Positions 33,859-43,835 of a stretch of DNA of 64,000 nt are shown piece by piece. The DNA lies in NCBI GenBank assembly GCA_021780535.1, contig JAJXYN010000012.1:69688-133687 (forward strand), read 5' to 3'. The notes under the pieces were generated by a model. That model saw only the letters and a list, made by a program, of their open reading frames with translations. It had not been told where the DNA came from and did no database searches. The position numbers and the translations under genes were made by a program. This stretch comes from a bacterium (lineage in GTDB: Bacteria; Patescibacteriota; Patescibacteriia; JAGPKW01). Every line of letters begins with the position of its first letter. The stretch's first letter is position 1.

Positions 33859-35982
33859 ATGTTAAAAGTTCAAATAGAAAAAAATAAAATATTTTCTCCT
33901 CTTAGAAAAAAATGGTTAATAAATACTCCAGAAGAAGAAGTCAGACAAGGTTATATTTGTAAGCTTGTTAATGATTATGGGTATGATTTAGAACAAATAG
34001 ATGAAGAGTTGCAGGTAAATAATAGTTTAAGAGGACAAGGTAAATCAAGAGCAGATATTGTCATTTGGAAATCAAAAGAAGAAAGGTTGAGCAAAAAAAA
34101 TGCTTTTATTGTTGTTGAATGTAAATCTGATAATGTTGTTATACATCCAGAAGATTATTATCAAGGTAATAACTATGCTTCTTGGGCAAGGGCTAAATTT
34201 TTTATTACTCACAATAATGCTGAAACAAAGTATTTTCAGATGCTTGAAGATAAATTACCTATTGATTTAAATGAAATAGCTAATATACCCAAAGCGGAAG
34301 AAGTAAATAATGAGATTAGATTGAAAGAGTTAGTTGATGAAACTAAAGTATTTACTAGAGATGAATTTTCAAAGTTACTTTATAAATGTCATACAATAAT
34401 TAGAAATAATGACAAACTTTCTCCTGAAGGTGCTTTTGATGAAATTAGTAAAATATTATTTATTAAGATAAGATATGAAAGACAAAAAGGGAAAAATATA
34501 TTTTCTCTTGCTCGTTTTAATGAATTAAAAAATAATTATGAAGAAACTGCTTCTAGAAACTCTAAGCCGTTTTATCAAAATTTATTTGAAAAAACAAAAG
34601 ATGATTTAGAGAAAGATGAACTTTTTGAAACGAATGAAGAGATAAAAATTCGTGAAAATAGCTTTGAACAAATAGTAAAAGAACTGGAGAAATATAATCT
34701 TTCAGATACAGGAGATGATGTTAAAGGAATAGCTTTTGAGCAATTTTTAGGCAAAACATTTAGAGGTGAGCTTGGGCAATTTTTTACTCCTAGAACAATA
34801 GTTGATTTCATGGTTGATATTTTAGACCCAAAAGAAAATGATTTAATTTGTGATCCTTGTTGTGGATCTGGTGGTTTTCTTATTAAAGCTTTTGACTATA
34901 TTAGAGCTAAAATTGAAGCTGATATTTTGAGACAAAAAGAAGAAATCAAAAATAAATATTTTGATGAAAAGTATCAAAAATTAGATGATAAAGAAAAGCA
35001 AAAGATTGATGATACTGTAGAACGTGAATTTAAGAAATTGAATCAAGAACTAGATAATAAAATAGAAAAATCTAGATTACATAATTTATCTCATAATTGT
35101 ATATATGGTTCTGACGCTAATCCAAGAATGGCAAGAACTAGTAAAATGAATATGATTATGCATGGTGATGGTCATGGTGGAGTTCATCATAATGATGGAT
35201 TATTGGATGTTAATGGTATCTTTGAAAACCGTTTTGATATAATTCTTACAAACCCTCCTTTTGGTTCAAGAGTTGGCAAAGATCACAAAATAACAGATAA
35301 TGATAATAAATATAAAGGCAAAGAATCTTATATTAAAGAAAAATTTGGTGATGCAGGTTTAAATGCAATATCTAATTTAGAGAATAACATTGGTAAAAAT
35401 CTTATAGAAACTTATGAAACTGGAAGTTTTTCAACTCTTACAGAAGTTTTGTTTATGGAACGTTATCTAAGATTGCTTAAGCAAGGTGGGAAAATGGCCG
35501 TTGTTTTGCCAGAGGGTTTTTTAAATAATCCAAATTTACAAAAAGTAAGAGAATATTTTGAAGGTAGAGCTAAGATTGAGCTTATCGTTTCTATCCCTCA
35601 GGATGTATTTATAGCTAGCGGGGCTACGGTAAAGCCCAGTTTGGTGTTTTTACAAAAATTTACTCAAGTAGATAGTAAAAAATATGAAAAAATAAAAGAG
35701 GAAGTAAATAAAAATATTATAGAAAAATATCAAATTCAAATAGATGAATTAGAAAATGAATTAGAAAAACTAAAAGGAGATAAAAGAAAACTAAAGAAAA
35801 AAGAATTGGATAATTTAGAAATTCTTATTGAAACTGAGATAAAACAGGAGATTAAAAATAAATTTGATTATCAAATACCAATAGTAGAAGTTGAAAAAGC
35901 TGGCATTACAACAACAGGAGAAAAATGTGAAAATGAACTTTTAGATGTAGTAAAAGAGTATAGAAAATATAAATCTAAATAA
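33859..35982 (+). CDS. restriction-modification enzyme subunit: N-terminal HsdR_N-like PD-(D/E)xK nuclease domain fused to a gamma-class N6-adenine methyltransferase (BcgI A-subunit-like type IIB; alternatively an unusual type I HsdM)
   Basis: N-terminus RGQGKSRADIVIW...IVVECKSDN gives a D...ExK motif. MTase motif I DPCCGSGGFL and motif IV ILTNPPFGS. The adjacent HsdS-like gene and the absence of a helicase-type HsdR in the window fit a BcgI-like A/B system. Confidence 0.7.
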   Translation: MLKVQIEKNKIFSPLRKKWLINTPEEEVRQGYICKLVNDYGYDLEQIDEELQVNNSLRGQGKSRADIVIWKSKEERLSKKNAFIVVECKSDNVVIHPEDYYQGNNYASWARAKFFITHNNAETKYFQMLEDKLPIDLNEIANIPKAEEVNNEIRLKELVDETKVFTRDEFSKLLYKCHTIIRNNDKLSPEGAFDEISKILFIKIRYERQKGKNIFSLARFNELKNNYEETASRNSKPFYQNLFEKTKDDLEKDELFETNEEIKIRENSFEQIVKELEKYNLSDTGDDVKGIAFEQFLGKTFRGELGQFFTPRTIVDFMVDILDPKENDLICDPCCGSGGFLIKAFDYIRAKIEADILRQKEEIKNKYFDEKYQKLDDKEKQKIDDTVEREFKKLNQELDNKIEKSRLHNLSHNCIYGSDANPRMARTSKMNMIMHGDGHGGVHHNDGLLDVNGIFENRFDIILTNPPFGSRVGKDHKITDNDNKYKGKESYIKEKFGDAGLNAISNLENNIGKNLIETYETGSFSTLTEVLFMERYLRLLKQGGKMAVVLPEGFLNNPNLQKVREYFEGRAKIELIVSIPQDVFIASGATVKPSLVFLQKFTQVDSKKYEKIKEEVNKNIIEKYQIQIDELENELEKLKGDKRKLKKKELDNLEILIETEIKQEIKNKFDYQIPIVEVEKAGITTTGEKCENELLDVVKEYRKYKSK

Positions 35983-35983
35983 C

Positions 35984-37339
35984 ATGGTTTCTGTGATAAA
36001 TAAAATTGAATATAAATATTTACAATTCACATCTTTTAAAAATTGGTTAAATTGGGATGTAAAAAGTTATGCAAAAAACAATCTTAAATCAGATTATGAG
36101 TTTATAAAATTAGGCTCTGTGTTAAAAGAACATGTTGAAAAAGTAAAATTAAAAGATTTTCCAGACAAAGAGTTTGGTATTTTAGGTGTAAATAATAAAA
36201 TTGGTATTTTCGATGCTTATTTGGAAAAAGGTTCAAAAATAAATCAGCCATATAAAATATTAAAAAACAATTGGATTGCTTATAATCCTTATCGTGTAAA
36301 TGTTGGTTCAATAGGAATTAAAACACAAAATGAAAAATATGAGTATATAAGTAATGCTTATGTTGTTTTTAGTTGTGATGAACAAAGATTAGATACGGAT
36401 TTCTTTTTTAGACTTTTTAAAACAGATACATTTAATAATCTTGTTAAGAAATCAACGAAAGGTTCTGTTCGTCAAAATCTTTCTTTTGATTTACTTAGTA
36501 ATATTCAAATTCCTTTGCCTTCTATTAGTGCTCAAAAAGAATTTATAAAAATTTATAATAATAAAATATCAGACATTAAAAAACTAGAAATTCAAGTTAA
36601 CGAAATAAGTAGTAAAATTGAAAGTTATTTAATGAAAGAGCTTAATATAAGCGTAGAGAAAACTCAAAAAATAAAAGGTCTTCATTTTGTAAATTTTAAA
36701 AATTTAAATAAGTGGACATTAAATGAAACAACTTTAGAGAAAATACAAGAAAAATCAAAATATAAGGCTGTCCCAATAGAAAAAATATCAGAAAGTATTT
36801 TAAGAGGAAAATCTCCAAAATATGACGATAATTCTAATTGTGTTATTTTAAATCAAAAATGTAATCGTTGGGATGAAATTGATTTGGAATTTGCAAAAAC
36901 AGTAAATAAAGAATGGCTAAATAAGCAAACTCTTTTTACTAAAGAAAGTGATGTTTTGATAAATTCAACCGGCGAAGGAACAATTGGAAGATCTACGTAT
37001 ATATTAAAAAGTTATGAGGGGTTACTTTTTGATAGTCATCTACTTTTATTTAGGGGAGATAAAAAAATTATAAATGGAAAATATTTTGTGTATTGGTTTA
37101 ATTCAACAATAAATCAACAATATCTGAATGAAATAAAATCAGCGCAAACAACAAAACAAACAGAATTAGGATCTAATAATTTAAGTAATATGTTGATTCC
37201 TTTACCACCTCTTGAAACGCAAGAAGAAATAGTAAATCAAATAGATTCTTGGAAAAATAAAATTAAGGATATTAATGAAAAAATTGAGTCATTAAGAGAA
37301 GGTGCTCAAAAAGAATTTGAAGTTAATCTTTTTAAATAG
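35984..37339 (+). CDS. HsdS-like specificity subunit (two target-recognition domains), partner of the upstream nuclease-MTase
   Basis: Start is 2 nt after the upstream stop. Bipartite repeated TRD architecture with conserved central and C-terminal coiled regions. Confidence 0.75.
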   Translation: MVSVINKIEYKYLQFTSFKNWLNWDVKSYAKNNLKSDYEFIKLGSVLKEHVEKVKLKDFPDKEFGILGVNNKIGIFDAYLEKGSKINQPYKILKNNWIAYNPYRVNVGSIGIKTQNEKYEYISNAYVVFSCDEQRLDTDFFFRLFKTDTFNNLVKKSTKGSVRQNLSFDLLSNIQIPLPSISAQKEFIKIYNNKISDIKKLEIQVNEISSKIESYLMKELNISVEKTQKIKGLHFVNFKNLNKWTLNETTLEKIQEKSKYKAVPIEKISESILRGKSPKYDDNSNCVILNQKCNRWDEIDLEFAKTVNKEWLNKQTLFTKESDVLINSTGEGTIGRSTYILKSYEGLLFDSHLLLFRGDKKIINGKYFVYWFNSTINQQYLNEIKSAQTTKQTELGSNNLSNMLIPLPPLETQEEIVNQIDSWKNKIKDINEKIESLREGAQKEFEVNLFK

Positions 37340-37368
37340 ATGCAATAAAGTAAAATTTATAAAAAATA

Positions 37369-37398
37369 AAAAACTAAGATTTATTTCTTAGTTTTTTT
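37369..37398 (+). terminator. intrinsic terminator (AAAAACTAAGA-loop-TCTTAGTTTTT + T run)
   Basis: Hairpin followed by a T run after the HsdS-like gene. Confidence 0.55.
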
Positions 37399-37506
37399 AT
37401 TTTTTATAAAGTTCATGATTTGTTCATTTTTTGCATACCTTATTGAAAAAACATTTAAAAGGTGTATCATTAAATAGTAAATATACTAAATGATTTTTAT
37501 AAAAAT

Positions 37507-38781
37507 ATGAATGAAATTATATGTCCAAATTGTAAAAAAGCTTTTAAAGTTGATGAGGCTGGTTTTGCTGATATTCTTAAACAAGTCCGCGATGAAGCGT
37601 TTAGTAAAGAATTAAAAGAACGTGAGAGAATGTTTGCTGAAGATAAAGAGAATTCTATTAAATTAGCTGAAGCAAATATTAAAAATTTGTTACAAAAAGA
37701 TATTTCAAAAAAAGAAACGGAAATAGCTGAAATAAAAGCTAAAAAAGATTTAGAGATTGCTGAACTTGATGCAAAAAAAGAAGCTGAATTGGCTGAAATG
37801 AAATCAAAAATAGATAATGCAGAAATTGAGAAAAAACTTGCCGTAACTGAAGCAGTAAATAAAATTGAGAAAGATCGTGATAATCTTGCAGGTGAATTAA
37901 AAATTAAAGATACAGAAAAACAATTACTTGAAACATCATTAAAAGAAAAATATATCACAGAACTTAAAACAAAGGATGATATTATTAAAATGAAAGATGA
38001 TGAAATTGCTCTTCGTAAAGATATGAAAGTTAAACTTTCTACAAAAATGATAGGTGAAACATTAGAACAACATTGCGAAACAGAGTTTAATAAACTTCGT
38101 GCTACTGGTTTTCAAAATGCATATTTTGAAAAAGATAATGATGTAAAAACTGGTAGTAAGGGTGATTATATTTATCGTGAAAATACTGAAGAAGGTAATG
38201 AAATTATTTCTATTATGTTTGAAATGAAAAATGAAGGAGATGAAACTGCTACAAAGAAAAAAAATGAAGATTTTTTACGTGAGCTTGATAAAGATCGTAT
38301 AGAGAAAAAATGTGAATACGCGGTGCTTGTTACTCTTCTTGAATCTGAAAATGAATTATATAACACTGGTATCGTTGATGTTTTTCATAAATATCCAAAA
38401 ATGTATGTAATTCGTCCACAATTTTTTATTCAAATAATAACTTTATTACGTAATGCAGCTACGAATTCTCTAAAATATAAAGCAGAACTTGCATTAGTAA
38501 GAAATCAAAATGTTGATATTACAAATTTTGAGGACAATGTAAATAAATTTAAAGAAGAATTTGGAAGAAATTATGAATTGGCCAGTCGTAAGTTTAAAAC
38601 AGCTATTGAAGAAATAGATAAAACAATAGATCATCTTCAAAAAACTAAAGAAGAACTTTTATCATCTGAAAACAACCTTCGTTTAGCCAATAATAAAACA
38701 GAGGATTTAACCATTAAAAAACTAACACGTGGTAATCCTACTATGACAGCTAAATTTGCAGAGATTACAAATATTAAATAA
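37507..38781 (+). CDS. DUF2130-family protein: N-terminal zinc ribbon, long coiled coil, C-terminal PD-(D/E)xK-like region
   Basis: N-terminus [32 protein letters not shown] matches the characteristic DUF2130 start (from memory). The C-terminal GDYIY...IMFEMKNE...CEYAVLV has a D...E.K pattern. Confidence 0.55.
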   Translation: MNEIICPNCKKAFKVDEAGFADILKQVRDEAFSKELKERERMFAEDKENSIKLAEANIKNLLQKDISKKETEIAEIKAKKDLEIAELDAKKEAELAEMKSKIDNAEIEKKLAVTEAVNKIEKDRDNLAGELKIKDTEKQLLETSLKEKYITELKTKDDIIKMKDDEIALRKDMKVKLSTKMIGETLEQHCETEFNKLRATGFQNAYFEKDNDVKTGSKGDYIYRENTEEGNEIISIMFEMKNEGDETATKKKNEDFLRELDKDRIEKKCEYAVLVTLLESENELYNTGIVDVFHKYPKMYVIRPQFFIQIITLLRNAATNSLKYKAELALVRNQNVDITNFEDNVNKFKEEFGRNYELASRKFKTAIEEIDKTIDHLQKTKEELLSSENNLRLANNKTEDLTIKKLTRGNPTMTAKFAEITNIK

Positions 38782-38795
38782 TAACTAAAATATAT

Positions 38796-39008
38796 ATGCA
38801 AAGACAAAATGTTTCATCTTCTGATATTGCTTCAATTGGGTACGATCAAAATTTATTCATATTAGAAATTGAATTTTTAAGTGGAGGAATATATCAATAT
38901 ATTAATGTGCCAAGTAGTATTTTTCAAGGAATAATGTCCGCTTCTTCTCATGGTGTTTATTTTCATCAATATATTAAAGATAAATATAGCTGTAATAAAA
39001 TTAAATAA
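38796..39008 (+). CDS. KTSC-domain small protein (70 aa)
   Basis: ...IASIGYDQNLFILEIEFLSGGIYQYINVPSSIFQGIMSASSHGVYFHQYIKDKY matches the KTSC domain pattern (I..GYD.....L.VEF..G..Y.Y..VP...........SKG.YFN..I...Y). Confidence 0.6.
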   Translation: MQRQNVSSSDIASIGYDQNLFILEIEFLSGGIYQYINVPSSIFQGIMSASSHGVYFHQYIKDKYSCNKIK

Positions 39009-39010
39009 AT

Positions 39011-40897
39011 ATGTTTTTAACAAAATTAATAATAATAAATAACAAAAGTTGCAAAAGAGTAATTTTAGAACCATCTAAGGATGAGCCAGAAATTTTGATT
39101 GGTATAAACGATTGCGGAAAGTCTACAATTTTAAAGTCTTTAGATTTATTTTTTGATGAGAAAAAAAATTTTAGTTTTATTAAAGAAGATCAACAAAAAA
39201 ATGATCTTTCAAACTCTCCTTTAAACAACTTAGAAATCAATGAATTATTAGAAGAAAATAAGTATCCAAGTTTTTTTGAGTATTCTGGTGATGTTATTAT
39301 CGTTATTTGTCAATTTGAGGTAGAAGAAAATGATTTAAAAAATAATGAATTTCAAGAAAGTTCAAAAAATGCTCATTTAAAATGGAGTATTATTGATAAT
39401 AAAATAAATTTAATGCGTGTATTTCATAATTCTGAACAAGGATCACAGAATTTGAGCGGGTATTATTTACTAACTAATGATTATAAAGATAATGAAAGTT
39501 ATTTAGAGTTATGGAATAAGCCAGCTAAAGAATTAACAGAAATTAAGAAAAAATTTAATATTGATAATAAAGATGTAGATAATGAAAATAATGTTGGTCG
39601 TTTAAAGAATATTGAAAATATAGAGGCAATTTATAAAAAAATGCCTACCTTATGTATGAAATGGTCTAAATATAGTGATTTTTCAAAAGATAAAACATTC
39701 TACCCAAATTTTAAATATTTGGATTGGAATTTTTCTTTAAAGGAATTAGAAGATATAGCTACTGAGGCAATGAATAAGGTGACAGAACCACTACTTCAAG
39801 AGATAAGACAGTTGGTTTCTGAAAAACAATCCGAAGCTATAATCGGTGTTAATAATGAATTTGCTAGTATGATGGGAGATTTGAAAGATGATCTACCTAA
39901 GTGTGTAAAAAAAATTAGCTCATCAGTATTTTTTGATGTAAGTCAAAAGGTTACTGATATAAAACTAGAAAAAGAAAATGTTGATGGAGAAATACATATA
40001 GATAATCAAGGAGAGGGCATAAAGAGGCAGATTTGGTTTGCGTTGTTAAAGTGGCGTAGTAAATTAATATCTAATGAAAATAAATCAAATAAATATGTTT
40101 GGTGTTTTGATGAACCAGAAACACATTTATATCCTGCCGCACAAAGGCAACTCTTTGAGACATTAAAAGAAATGTGTAGTAATGAATTTCAAATATTATT
40201 GAGCACACACTCAACAATTTTTATAGATAGAACAAAAATTAGTGATGTTAAGCAAGTAACTTTAGAAGGTGGTTACTCAACTATTTATAAAAGCGATAAC
40301 TCAACAGATCTTTTTAATTGTTTGGGTATAAAAAATAGTGATTTTTTGTTTTTTGATAAGTTTTTAGCCGTAGAAGGCTTTACTGAGTATGGTTTAATTC
40401 CATATTTGTATCAGTTGAAATATTCTAGGTCATTATTAAATGATGGAATACAAATCATCAACTTAAAAGGGGAAGACCAATATTTAAATAATAAAGGTAT
40501 CTTAGAAAATATTTTATCTGATTTTCAGAAGACTAGTGATAAAATTTTTTATTTATTTGATAATGATACAGGAATGTCTGGCGACAATATTTTTACTTCT
40601 GGCACTTATGATATAGAAGATTCTATTGAAAATAATATTTGGATTGAATTTGTAAAAGATAATTGTGATATAGATATAACGGAAGATATTTTGAATAATG
40701 ATATAAGAAAAAAATTAGAAAACAAGAATGGTAAAAAATTTTATAAGTTACTTGGAGATTATGTAGTAAAAAATTTAAAAGATGAAAAATATTTGCCATC
40801 TAAAGCTAGATCGGGTTATTTGTTAACTAAGTATTTTAAAGACATTAAAGATATTCCTAAAAAAATTGATAACCTTTTTAACGCATTAAGTTCTTAA
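39011..40897 (+). CDS. OLD-family ATP-dependent endonuclease (N-terminal ABC/AAA_15-type ATPase + C-terminal TOPRIM)
   Basis: Walker A GINDCGKST. Walker B / D-loop region VWCFDEPETHLYP...ILLSTHS. TOPRIM motifs LAVEGFTE and FYLFDNDTG (DxD). Confidence 0.65.
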   Translation: MFLTKLIIINNKSCKRVILEPSKDEPEILIGINDCGKSTILKSLDLFFDEKKNFSFIKEDQQKNDLSNSPLNNLEINELLEENKYPSFFEYSGDVIIVICQFEVEENDLKNNEFQESSKNAHLKWSIIDNKINLMRVFHNSEQGSQNLSGYYLLTNDYKDNESYLELWNKPAKELTEIKKKFNIDNKDVDNENNVGRLKNIENIEAIYKKMPTLCMKWSKYSDFSKDKTFYPNFKYLDWNFSLKELEDIATEAMNKVTEPLLQEIRQLVSEKQSEAIIGVNNEFASMMGDLKDDLPKCVKKISSSVFFDVSQKVTDIKLEKENVDGEIHIDNQGEGIKRQIWFALLKWRSKLISNENKSNKYVWCFDEPETHLYPAAQRQLFETLKEMCSNEFQILLSTHSTIFIDRTKISDVKQVTLEGGYSTIYKSDNSTDLFNCLGIKNSDFLFFDKFLAVEGFTEYGLIPYLYQLKYSRSLLNDGIQIINLKGEDQYLNNKGILENILSDFQKTSDKIFYLFDNDTGMSGDNIFTSGTYDIEDSIENNIWIEFVKDNCDIDITEDILNNDIRKKLENKNGKKFYKLLGDYVVKNLKDEKYLPSKARSGYLLTKYFKDIKDIPKKIDNLFNALSS

Positions 40898-40946
40898 TAT
40901 AATTTGTACACAATAATTGTTCAAATATTTCTCTAAAACTAAACAA

Positions 40947-40976
40947 AAAAGCACTTATACACAGTGCTTTTTTTGT
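40947..40976 (+). terminator. intrinsic terminator (AAAAGCACT-loop-AGTGCTTTT + T run)
   Basis: Hairpin followed by a T run after the OLD-family gene. Confidence 0.6.
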
Positions 40977-41160
40977 TGGTTCTAAGATGAATTTTCAGAA
41001 ATTTAATAAGATTTTAATTAGAAAATTAATAATTTGTTCATCACCACTATGTTATAGTTTCTTTTGTTAAAAACTTAATAGAAGGGGATTTAAAAATATT
41101 ATTTTAAGACATAAGGAAATCTTAAAATAGTGATTTTAATTAAAAATGGTTTGTAATTTC

Positions 41161-41352
41161 TTATTTTTTCTTTTCTTTGGCTTCTGGAAATACTTTTAAG
41201 AAATCATCTTCATTTACTACTACGATTTCTTTTTTTATTTCTCTTTTTGAGGCTTTTAGTTCTTTTGATAAGACTTTTCTTCTTATTGTTTCATAATGTA
41301 CGCCGTATTTTTTTGATAATTCTAGTAGAGTATATTCTTTATTATCGGACAT
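41161..41352 (-). CDS. excisionase/MerR-like HTH DNA-binding protein (63 aa)
   Basis: YTLLELSKKYGVHYETIRRKV is HTH_17-like. Divergent from the integrase gene, with an intergenic 7-bp inverted repeat TGTGTAT-ca-ATACACA. Confidence 0.5.
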   Translation of the reverse strand: MSDNKEYTLLELSKKYGVHYETIRRKVLSKELKASKREIKKEIVVVNEDDFLKVFPEAKEKKK

Positions 41353-41575
41353 TTGATTTTTTGTTTATCTGATTTTATTAGATGTAATATATATTTTATC
41401 AGTAATTTTGGCTAATATAAATACTTTTTGAAATATGTTGATAGGTCTATTGTGTATCAATACACATTATGATATAATTTTTACATAAGAGATTGCTGAC
41501 CATTTTAAAAGTGGTTGGTATTTTTATTTTTTTAAATATTAAATACTGACAATATCTAATAATTAACTTAAAAAA

Positions 41576-42505
41576 ATGGCAGAAATTATTAATATTGATA
41601 AGAGTAATATTAAAATAGTAAATGATTTTTTAGATTGGTTGGCTATCGGACATTCTTTGGAAACAGTTGATTCATATAAGTGGCCTTTGAGATTATTTTG
41701 TAAATGGTTATCTGGCAAAGAAAAAAATGTTATTGATATGAAAGAAAAAGATTTTGTAGCCTTTCATTTATTTTTAAAAGAAGACAGGCAGGTAAAAAAT
41801 TCAACGATGGCTCATTATTTTACATCTATTAGAACACTTTGGAGATATATGTATAGAAATGAAATGGTAAATTATGGTGATGATAAAATTCCAATGCCAA
41901 AAGCTGATGATAAACAATCTTATCCTTATGCGGAAGAGGCTGATATAAATAAAATACTTGATTCATTTAGGGGCTGGGATATAAAAGATATTAGAGATAA
42001 AGCTATTGTTTCTTTATTGTATAAGACAGGTTTAAGAATAGGAGAGTTGAGAAGTCTTGATATTTCTGATGTTGATTTAGAATTTAAAAAAGCTACTGTT
42101 CAAACTGAAAAAAGGATAGGACACAAAAGAGAAATTTATTGGGATGATAAAACAAATGAATTTTTAAAAAACTGGATAGATACAAGAGAAGAATTTTTAC
42201 TACAAGAAAGACGATCAGAAAATGCTTTATTTATAGGTATGACAATGGGTAGTAAAGATAAAAGAATAGATAGATCAACAGTACAAAAGATGTTTAGAAA
42301 AAAAAGAGATGAGTTAGGAATAAATAAAAAACTAACACCACATTCTTGCAGACATGGATTCGGACATAGAGCAGTAGAAAAGAATGTAAATATTAGATAT
42401 CTTCAAGTAATGCTTGGGCATTCAAAAATAGACACAACAATGATTTATATGGGTTGTAAAAATAAAGACGTAGAAACTGCTTATAGACAATTAATGTTCG
42501 CTTAG
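41576..42505 (+). CDS. tyrosine site-specific integrase (XerC/XerD-like, full length with N-terminal core-binding domain)
   Basis: RIGELRSL (Arg), HSCRHGFGHR (HxxR) and LGHSKIDTTMIYM (His and Tyr nucleophile). Confidence 0.85.
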   Translation: MAEIINIDKSNIKIVNDFLDWLAIGHSLETVDSYKWPLRLFCKWLSGKEKNVIDMKEKDFVAFHLFLKEDRQVKNSTMAHYFTSIRTLWRYMYRNEMVNYGDDKIPMPKADDKQSYPYAEEADINKILDSFRGWDIKDIRDKAIVSLLYKTGLRIGELRSLDISDVDLEFKKATVQTEKRIGHKREIYWDDKTNEFLKNWIDTREEFLLQERRSENALFIGMTMGSKDKRIDRSTVQKMFRKKRDELGINKKLTPHSCRHGFGHRAVEKNVNIRYLQVMLGHSKIDTTMIYMGCKNKDVETAYRQLMFA

Positions 42506-42512
42506 ACTAATC

Positions 42513-42542
42513 AAAAGAAGTTCCTAAAAAACTTCTTTTTGG
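42513..42542 (+). terminator. terminator-like hairpin after the integrase (AAAGAAGTT-loop-AACTTCTTT + T run)
   Basis: Hairpin followed by a T run. Confidence 0.5.
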
Positions 42543-42989
42543 TTTAAAAATATAAATACTGTTGTGGTAAAAGTTAATCTCCACAATTAAATTTTACAAA
42601 ATATTTAGTAGTTGATATAATGAAAAGAATTAAATATCTCTTAGGTTTAAAAATACTTATTGGAATAACAGCAATGACGAAACCCCAATGGGCAAAAAGA
42701 TAATTTTCTGTTTATTTTTTCTATCATAGTAAAAACAATTCTGAGAAATCGGAATTGTTTTTTTGTTTTATCTTATCAATTTATGATTTGCTGAAATTTT
42801 AAGATTGCAGTGATTTTTTCATCTTCATTTTTTTAAGTTTTCACACATACATGTGTTCGAATTAAAAATAATGAAGCATGAAAAAACACTATTAATGTTT
42901 TTGGAATAGATTGTTATTTATTTGAATTAATCCTCTATATCGTGTTATATTTATTATAATAATACTAACTAATATTTAAATATAAAAAC

Positions 42990-43250
42990 ATGGAAGAAGA
43001 AAAAGCATCTAACACAACTGCGACTAATGAAGAATGTTGTAAGGATAATTGTTGTAGTGAAAATTATAAAAAATATAAGCATGGTAATGCTAATGGTGGT
43101 GGAGCTATTTATGGTTTAGGTTTTATTGGAGCCGCTATTTATTTTATTGGTCATGCTGCAACTTTTGGTCTTGGAATTCTTGGTTTTTTAAAAGCTATTG
43201 TTTGGCCAGCTTTTGTTATTTATAAGCTTTTAGAATTTTTTCATTTATAG
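42990..43250 (+). CDS. small membrane protein with Cys-rich N-terminus and Gly-zipper TM helices (86 aa)
   Basis: CCKDNCC N-terminus and G..G...G-rich hydrophobic segments. Confidence 0.4.
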   Translation: MEEEKASNTTATNEECCKDNCCSENYKKYKHGNANGGGAIYGLGFIGAAIYFIGHAATFGLGILGFLKAIVWPAFVIYKLLEFFHL

Positions 43251-43322
43251 AAATTAATTAAAAATACCTTTCTATTAAAATAGTTTGGTGTTTTTATTTT
43301 TTGTGATAATATTTAGTTTGTT

Positions 43323-43673
43323 ATGAAAGGCAAAAAACTTAGAAAAATTATTCATAAAGCTAGATTACAAGCTAAGTTGGAATTTGAAAATTCTGATGGT
43401 TTTGATATTGGTTTTGATCAAAATTCTGATGTTAATGATTGCTTGGATTTGCATGGTCATACAAAAAGAGAGGCTCAATTTCTTGTTGATGATTTTATTT
43501 CTTTTGCTGTTTCTAATAATTTTTCTAAAATTAGAATAATAACTGGGATTGGAGAGGATGGTTATAGTGTTTTAAAAAATTTTATTTATGATTATTTAAA
43601 AGAAAATGATTATAAATTTAATAAATCTCCACATAATAGAGGAGGAGATGGGGCGGTGGATATTTATTTATAG
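43323..43673 (+). CDS. Smr (small MutS-related) domain protein
   Basis: LDLHGHTKREAQFLVDDFI...IRIITGIGEDG matches the Smr pattern LDLHG....EA......F.......V.VI.GKG. Confidence 0.6.
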   Translation: MKGKKLRKIIHKARLQAKLEFENSDGFDIGFDQNSDVNDCLDLHGHTKREAQFLVDDFISFAVSNNFSKIRIITGIGEDGYSVLKNFIYDYLKENDYKFNKSPHNRGGDGAVDIYL

Positions 43674-43835
43674 AATGAACGAGAATGAATGAAGATGAAT
43701 GAGATTTGAACACAAAAGTGTTTCAATTTGAATAGGTGTTGTTTATAGTGTAAGATTTATATTATGGAAATATAGAAATATTAAAATATTTAAAAGTTGC
43801 TTCTTTTTAATATTTTAATATTTTAATATTTTAAT

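Larger units (their letters stand above)
33859..42542. mobile_element. integrase-associated defense island (BcgI-like RM, DUF2130-KTSC-OLD cassette, Xis, tyrosine integrase)
   Basis: Clustered defense genes ending with a divergent excisionase-like HTH gene and a XerC/D-like integrase, followed by a structured non-coding region. Confidence 0.4.

Noticed and set aside
42620-42703. 27-aa ORF (MKRIKYLLGLKILIGITAMTKPQWAKR) after the integrase.
   Set aside because: Too short and unsupported. The region is more likely att or terminator-containing non-coding DNA.
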